A stretch of 64,000 nucleotides of DNA from Eledone cirrhosa (lineage: Eukaryota), in contig OZ024756.1 in NCBI GenBank assembly GCA_964016885.1, positions 32,798,001 to 32,862,000 on the forward strand. Reading direction: 5' to 3'. The notes below the pieces were generated by a model. It did no database searches. It saw only the letters and a list, made by a program, of their open reading frames with translations, and was not told where the DNA came from. Within the stretch, counting starts at the first letter, position 1. Each line of letters opens with the position of its first letter. Of the stretch, positions 56,291 to 64,000 are shown in pieces. The position numbers and the translations under genes were made by a program.

Positions 56291-59200
56291 TTAATATAAC
56301 AACATTAAAATGAGTGAGACTGATGCATAGTCACGATAATATATATTTCTCTTTCTCATCCGATTGTTCTGGTATCAATCTTTCCTATGTAGCATCTTAA
56401 GTCGTAGATTTCTCAATCTTTCATAATGTCGAGATCAACCTACCACTTGTTATTCACGGTAGAATGAAACGTTTCGGAATGCCACATCATCGGACTGCAT
56501 CGTTCATGCAAGACTTAATCCATCATTTAAAATAAACATCAACGTTTCCCCTTTTGATAGTTACACAGTGCTTCAGGCATATGTATCTGATTATAAGAAC
56601 ATGCAATCACGTTCCCATTCCTTCACCTATTAGTTGAGCCGAAGTTGAATACACTTTCGTAAATTACAAACATTTAAAGCATTTAACACTCCTAATTCCA
56701 TTCTACGTTAAGTATTTCTGTCTTGTGTCAGATAAAGCTTTATTACATATATTTGTGCCTATTTTGTTGATGAAACCTCTAACCCTGTTTTCTTTCGATG
56801 TAAAATGACTTTTTTCTAGTGAATCAAAGAACAACATGGATGTTTAGATTGTGTTCTTGTCGGTACGACCCGGGGTAGCTCTGTTCAAACATTCAAACAC
56901 AGACACTCATATCAAATATGCATATAGCTACATAGTCTAGAACTCATAGTCTATAATCTTACGAAATGAAACAGCATAATGGAAGACAGGGATCGCCAGT
57001 GACTATAGGTAGCCCCTGCTGTGGGAAGGCTGAGTTTAAGCAACATAATAGCACGATCAATATAAGGGCCGATCATGGAAAACACTTTCACCAGATGTTT
57101 GCTAATCAGGTCTCACCATGACATAAATAACAACATATAACTCTAGTCAATAGTATCCTTTAGGGTATGTTTTGATTCAACAAACCACTAATTATATTCA
57201 ACACAAATATTGTTTAACCGATCAATTGATTTCCTTGCCTTTCAGATCGGTTACAATGATTATCATTATTTCTCATTAATATCATGTCGTCTATGTAATT
57301 TGTTCTATTTTCACATCTTCATTTACCACTCGTGACAACAACTTATTTACCATCCACATATCACAGAAATTCACAAACAATTGATTACATGGCTAACATT
57401 CCTATAATTCTCTTAATGGTTCTCTGGAAATCTTATATGTTATATTAATTCATGCATTAGTATATATATCTACTATACTTGCAGACACACATTTACACGT
57501 TTGGGGTTTCGAAGTGGCTTTGCCTTGTACTTATTGGCGGAAGTATGTGACATTATATATTACATAATCGTTGTGCATATGTCACTCACTTTTAGGTAGC
57601 ACCTGTTAAAACGTTTTCTATATCCATTATTGTGTACGAAATGTTTGCCCTTGCTAACTTAGAATTTAGATTGAGTGAAAATAGGGAGCGGGTGAATCAT
57701 AATGCCACATGGTTCACACATCATTACATTCAGGTTGACAATATAGATGCATTCTTCCTCTCGAATTCCCTCCATCTGTAGCTTTGTCTCTCTCTACATC
57801 TCTTTCTCCCATTTCTTTCTCTCTCTCTCTCTCCCTCTCTCTCGCTCTCCCTCGCTCTCTCTCTCCCTCTCTCTTTCTCTCTCTCTCTATATATATATAT
57901 TATATATATTAGATTTTCTATTCTTAATCGGGTCTCCAAATCTGAACACACGTAATTATGTTCTTTACGTTGTTCATCATCTATGTAATGATACTTCATA
58001 CACTCGTTCACCTATTGACTCCATCTGACAAAGGAAATAATATAGTTTGAGGCTGATCATCGTTAACTGACAAGTCCAAGTTAAATAAAGACACAGTGCA
58101 CATTAATATATCACTGTGACAGCTGGGTTCTTTGATACGCTATTGCTTGCAATAACAATTTTTACTTAATTACAAAAACCTTCTCATCGGTTATATTGCA
58201 AATATGTAATGTAAAATATATAAAAACGGAGCAACGATGAATATCTCAACACAAAATACTATGAACCAAGGTTGTGGGGGCATCTATGTCAAGAGTGAAT
58301 ATCATCTAATCTTTAACGGAATTCCATACCATATTCACGCAAATTTCTCTATCCACCTCGTATAAAAAAAATCTTTAGACCTTCAGTTCTACTAAAGCTG
58401 CTAAAACTGTACTTCAAACATACATTTTATTATCACTAACTATGTTAGAAAATTCTGTCGACCATCCATAAAAATGCTACCGCTAGATTGATTTGCTCAT
58501 TAAAATCACGGTCGAAAATCCTTCGATTATTTCTTTTATTAGGATATCCCTGGTGAATCAAATATGACTATATGAAATTCTAACGAGAAAGCTGTTAAAT
58601 GTTGCTATTGTTGAACTCTGTGTAGACCAGATTGGCAGATATATTAAGGTTTATGTTGCAATTGAATGTTTTCTGTAGTTCAAGTTCATGCCATATTGAG
58701 CAGAAATATGATTACATCTCTCCACCGAGGGCTATGCATGCTGCAGTTATAGCGAATTCATCGGTGCTTTAGATGAAGTATAGGGAAGTCAATTGGGAAG
58801 CCCTGACATAAAAGTGTCTTTTTCAGAGGAACATAGGATATTTCAAGTGAAAATAATCAAAAATATTGGTAATCACTACCTGCTTACGGACAACTAACGC
58901 TGCACACCAGGTCCGATCACAATAGAGCCGACTCCCACTGTCATCGACTCCATCTCTCTCGCCCTCCCTATCTCTCTCTATTATGAGCAAATGGGGTGCC
59001 ACCTGCTTGCCGCCCTACGGCCCCGGTGGACAGAATGGAGAAGGCGTTTCCCCAAAGGATGCTAAGGGAGACGCGCTGGAAAAGGAGATGCTGTAGTTAT
59101 TATTGTACATATCACCTATGTAGAACGTTTTCCACTTGGGATACTCTATAGAGCTATTATATTTCTTGTTCTTAAACACTTATGTTAAGCTACATTAAGC

Positions 59201-60027
59201 AGACAAATGGCCATAGAAATTCCACACATAACCACCTATGTTATTGTGTTATTGTTGTTCAGCTCCACGTCACGCAACATTGAGCAGGTCAATGATCAAA
59301 CAAATTCCACGCTTAAACACATGTATGTGTCATTGTCTTTAGGCACAGATGTTACACCACATTGAAAAGATCGGTGATAAAAAACAAACCCGCTTATACC
59401 CACGTATGTTCATGTTATTGATGTTCTCTCCCAGGTTCAAATTCAGAAGCAGCTACATCAGAGTCTCTCCAGCGAGTGGGCCATGGCAATCTGTACTGTA
59501 AGTATTTGCCATAGCGATATTTGTTGTGCTTTGGGAGTTGAGATTACGATGTATGCACTTCGTTATAGAATAGACTTTATGCAAACTTTGTCTCAGCGTG
59601 GATGTAGGCATTCGTTATATTTTTCTGGTGGGAGAAGGAAGCAAGATGGTTGGTGGTACAAATAGAAATTTGAGAAAACCTGAAATAGCATTTTCTTTTC
59701 TCGGACTGTGTGTACTTCTGCAACATTTAAAGACACATTATCCAATATGTCAGTCCTCATTTAACACACTAAAGTATGAAACTACGAGAGATTTGCCTTC
59801 TACGTTTATCAGATTAAGGGAAAGCATATAGCCACACTCTCGTGACTTTTCCATGACATCATGATGTGCGGCAATATTTTAAGTAGAAAATAAAGGTCAA
59901 CTATAGTAAACTCACCAACACGGGAATATTAGAAATGTCAAAAAACGCTGCACTTTCATTTCTGAATAATTAATTAAAGTAATCTCGATCAGAAATGATT
60001 TTCGTTGCCTTTCAACATCACTGCCGG

Positions 60028-60107
<80 letters not shown>

Positions 60108-60267
60108 GTGTAAGTGTGTGCGTGTGTTTAGGAACTAAAACCCCCCAAATAAGATGAAATCAGCCATGCACCATAAAATTGCACATTATCCAAAATGTTG
60201 CTTATACCGTATGAATGAAGCAGTCATAGAAGGTTTAAAATAATCCACATATACTCATACACATGTG

Positions 60268-60317
<50 letters not shown>

Positions 60318-60663
60318 CAGATATATACACACAGATTATATATATATATATATATATATAAATATATGTATATATATATATACAGTAAACACAAATAAGA
60401 AAGAAAACGATTCAGTACAGTGAAGAAATATATTATTTCAACGCTTGGAATATATATATATATACAGACACACATATATTTTCATAACATTTCAAACTTT
60501 TCAAAGGGAATCATATCCCACTTAAGCAGCCGTACCATTCTTCAGCTACATGTTGTGGGTGAGCTCAGTTTTTCCACCGTTGTTCACTATGATTATTTGT
60601 GTAGCTGATGAGCGGGAAAAAATGTTTTACCACGTCTTTTATTTGCATTATATAGATAGCGAA

Positions 60664-60830
60664 GAGCGCTGAATTGTCAGTATCGGTGGAGGGTCGGACG
60701 CCATGTTTTACAGCATAGTTACGACCCTTTACGGTCTGAGTTCAAATGGTGTCGAGGTTAACTTTGCCTTTCATCCTTACGGGGTCCTTAAAATAAAGTA
60801 CCAGTAATGTAGTGCCAAAATGGAAACAAT
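60664..60830 (+). mobile_element. SINE family A
   Basis: Head and core match 241-425. Confidence 0.75.
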
Positions 60831-60899
60831 TATAATGTAGTGCCAAATAGAAATATATATATAAAGAGAGAATTCTACATATAGATAGAGAGAGAGAGA

Positions 60900-61342
60900 G
60901 ATGTATAGATAGAGATATAGATATAGATGTATAGATTGGTAGTTAGAGATATAGATGTACAGATAGATAGGTAGCTATATGTATAGATTGGTAGTTAGAG
61001 AGATAGATGTACAGATAGGTAGGTAGATATATGTATAGATTGGTAGTTAGAGAGATAGATGTACAGATAGGTAGGTAGATATATGTATAGTTTGGTAGTA
61101 AGAGAGATAAATGTACAGATATATAGGTAGATATATGTATAGATTGGTAGTTAGAGAGATACATGTGCAGATAGATAGGTAGATATATGTATAGATTGGT
61201 AGTTAGAGAGATAAATGTACAGATAGATAGGTAGATATATGTATAGATTGGTAGTTAGAGACATAGATGTACAGATAGGTAGGTAGATATATGTATAGAT
61301 TGGTAGTAAGAGAGATAAATGTACAGATAGATAGGTAGATAT
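60900..61342. repeat. ~52 bp minisatellite derived from (GATA)n-like sequence
   Basis: tatatgtatagattggtagttagagagatagatgtacagataggtaggtaga, about 8 copies. Confidence 0.9.
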
Positions 61343-61682
61343 AATTGTTTGTGTGAGTGTTTAATACGCTTGCTAATGTGTGTAACAAAAAGCCACTGGG
61401 TTAAAACACAACGGCCTACTGTCAAATTGGAAACATTGCCGTCTACAAGAACTATGTATCGATCAAAATAAGTACGTAACAGAACTGATATATGTAATGG
61501 GGTCGATTTGAAAGACACCATATTAATTTATATAAAAACAGAATAGCCTCAGTCCTATGATAGATTCTAGAAAAAGAAAAATGTAGCTTAAATGCATATC
61601 TGTCTCGTTCATTCATTTGTCATCCCTTAGTTTATATTTACTTACATATACATACATATATATATATATGTGTATATATATT

Positions 61683-61806
<124 letters not shown>

Positions 61807-61859
61807 TACATATATACGTATGTATATATATATCTCTATATATAAATGTATATATATAT

Positions 61860-61954
<95 letters not shown>

Positions 61955-62323
61955 GTGGGTGTGTGTGCATATATGTATATATGTATACATATATATATAT
62001 GTGTCTGTGTGTGTGTACATATATGTATGTATATATATATGTATGTGTGTGTGTGCATATGAATGTATATATATATATGCATATATGCGTGTGTGTGTGT
62101 GAGAATATAGTATGTCAAATACTAAAGCATAAATTGTACGATATTTTTCATCTATTCGGCAATTTTTAAATATGTAAAGAAAATGTAGAAAAAATTTATT
62201 TTAAGCCACTCAACTCGTCCAGTATTTGATTTGTGTAAATACTTGATTCCATACCACTTAATCATCCACACAAAAGCACACATGCCCGCGTTCGTTCAAA
62301 CACCTTCACACCAAAACGGACAC

Positions 62324-62420
<97 letters not shown>

Positions 62421-62496
62421 CATACAAAGCAACCTGAGATAGACACATATCCAAATACGTACACACATAAGCACATACAGACACACAAAACCACAC

Positions 62497-62632
<136 letters not shown>

Positions 62633-62892
62633 TTACGTTTGTTGCTTCTTGTATTTTTTTCGGCAAACAATCTCCTTGGCAGTATTATTGACATACATTA
62701 GGTTAGCCAACCTACTAAATTATTGTGATACGTCTGTAAAATCATTAACTCTCTCACTGAATTAAAGAAATATAGAATGATTAATTACATATTTTCGAAA
62801 AAAATTTTAAAAAATCACATACATATACACGTAAACGTATATGTATGTATATGTATATACACGTATACGTATATATATAAACGTTGATATGC

Positions 62893-62931
<39 letters not shown>

Positions 62932-62997
62932 TATATATATATATATTTGTATTTATATATATATTTGTTTTTATATATATATAAACGTTGACATGCG

Positions 62998-63036
<39 letters not shown>

Positions 63037-63043
63037 GTATATA

Positions 63044-63120
<77 letters not shown>

Positions 63121-64000
63121 ACGCATGTCAATGTGCACATGCATGTACCTACGTAGACATATTTTATGTACCATGTTTATAGATTTTACTCGTTTTATTA
63201 AATTCATTAACTTATTGAGAAATGAACTTTGAAAAAAAAATTGAAGCACCGAATCATATTTCATATATAACCCGTTTTTATACGATCGGAGTTCCAATCT
63301 CACTAATGTCCATTCCTCTTTTTTCCTTTTTTATGTGAATGAATTGTAATCTAATCTATAATAACGAAAGGAGTGCGGGACTGCATCGAGAATATATTTG
63401 CTGACCCCGTTTCTAAAATAAGTTGGATTACATTGAATAAATAATGAATGATTATTACATTAGTTATCTACTAAATTTCGTGGCCGTTGATTAAATATAT
63501 TTTATAGCTTATTTAAAGATTCACTCCGTTAAAATTGTCAAATGTCAACACTTCCGGTTAGCGGCCATTATATTCTAACACTTATAATCGCATATATTTC
63601 CGTCGATAATTTTCTCCTAATACAGTTTATATATAATATCGTCTTTTTTCAAATGTATCATGGATTACTTTACTGATTACGTTACTGATTACAGAAGACA
63701 ATGTAACACAGTCTTCGTTCAATTTCTGTGTATATTGCCAATTACGATTTTATTTACATGCATATATATGTGTGTATAATATATATATACACACTTCACA
63801 TGCTACCAGAAAACCTCCCGAAGGGTGGTTTTTCTGCTAGTAACGTTTAATTCTTGAAGTCTATATTATCATCTAAATAAACCTTCCAAATTGTTGGTGT
63901 TGCGCCTAAATTAGAAACCAGAATCGTTGATGGTCTTTGCAGCGCTACTAAGCGTTATATGATAATACACTATTATCTTATTGCTTTACATACATGTATC

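Noticed and set aside
60900-61342. Regular repeats as a CRISPR array
   Set aside because: No unique spacers, no cas genes, eukaryotic context

Overview
AT-rich, microsatellite-saturated eukaryotic non-coding DNA. The repeat content suggests a mollusc, probably an octopus; this is inferred, not verified. No intact host gene is evident, and almost all ORFs in the track are artefacts of (TA)n/(CA)n/(CT)n repeats. Recognisable parts are two tRNA-derived SINE families, RTE-clade LINE 3' fragments (two with twin-priming-type inversions), old CR1/L2-like RT relics and a Penelope-like GIY-YIG endonuclease fragment. The main observation is that most of the 100-1200 bp islands embedded in (TA)n tracts belong to about ten unrelated short-element families. 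Many carry a type I hammerhead ribozyme fold (stem I-CUGANGA-stem II-GAAA-palindromic stem III-UH-stem I), often with very long stem II or variant cores. They typically sit as fold-back inverted duplications. This reads as a dense, diverse population of (TA)n-targeted Penelope pLTR / retrozyme-like elements. All folds were paired by eye, element boundaries are approximate, and activity is untested.
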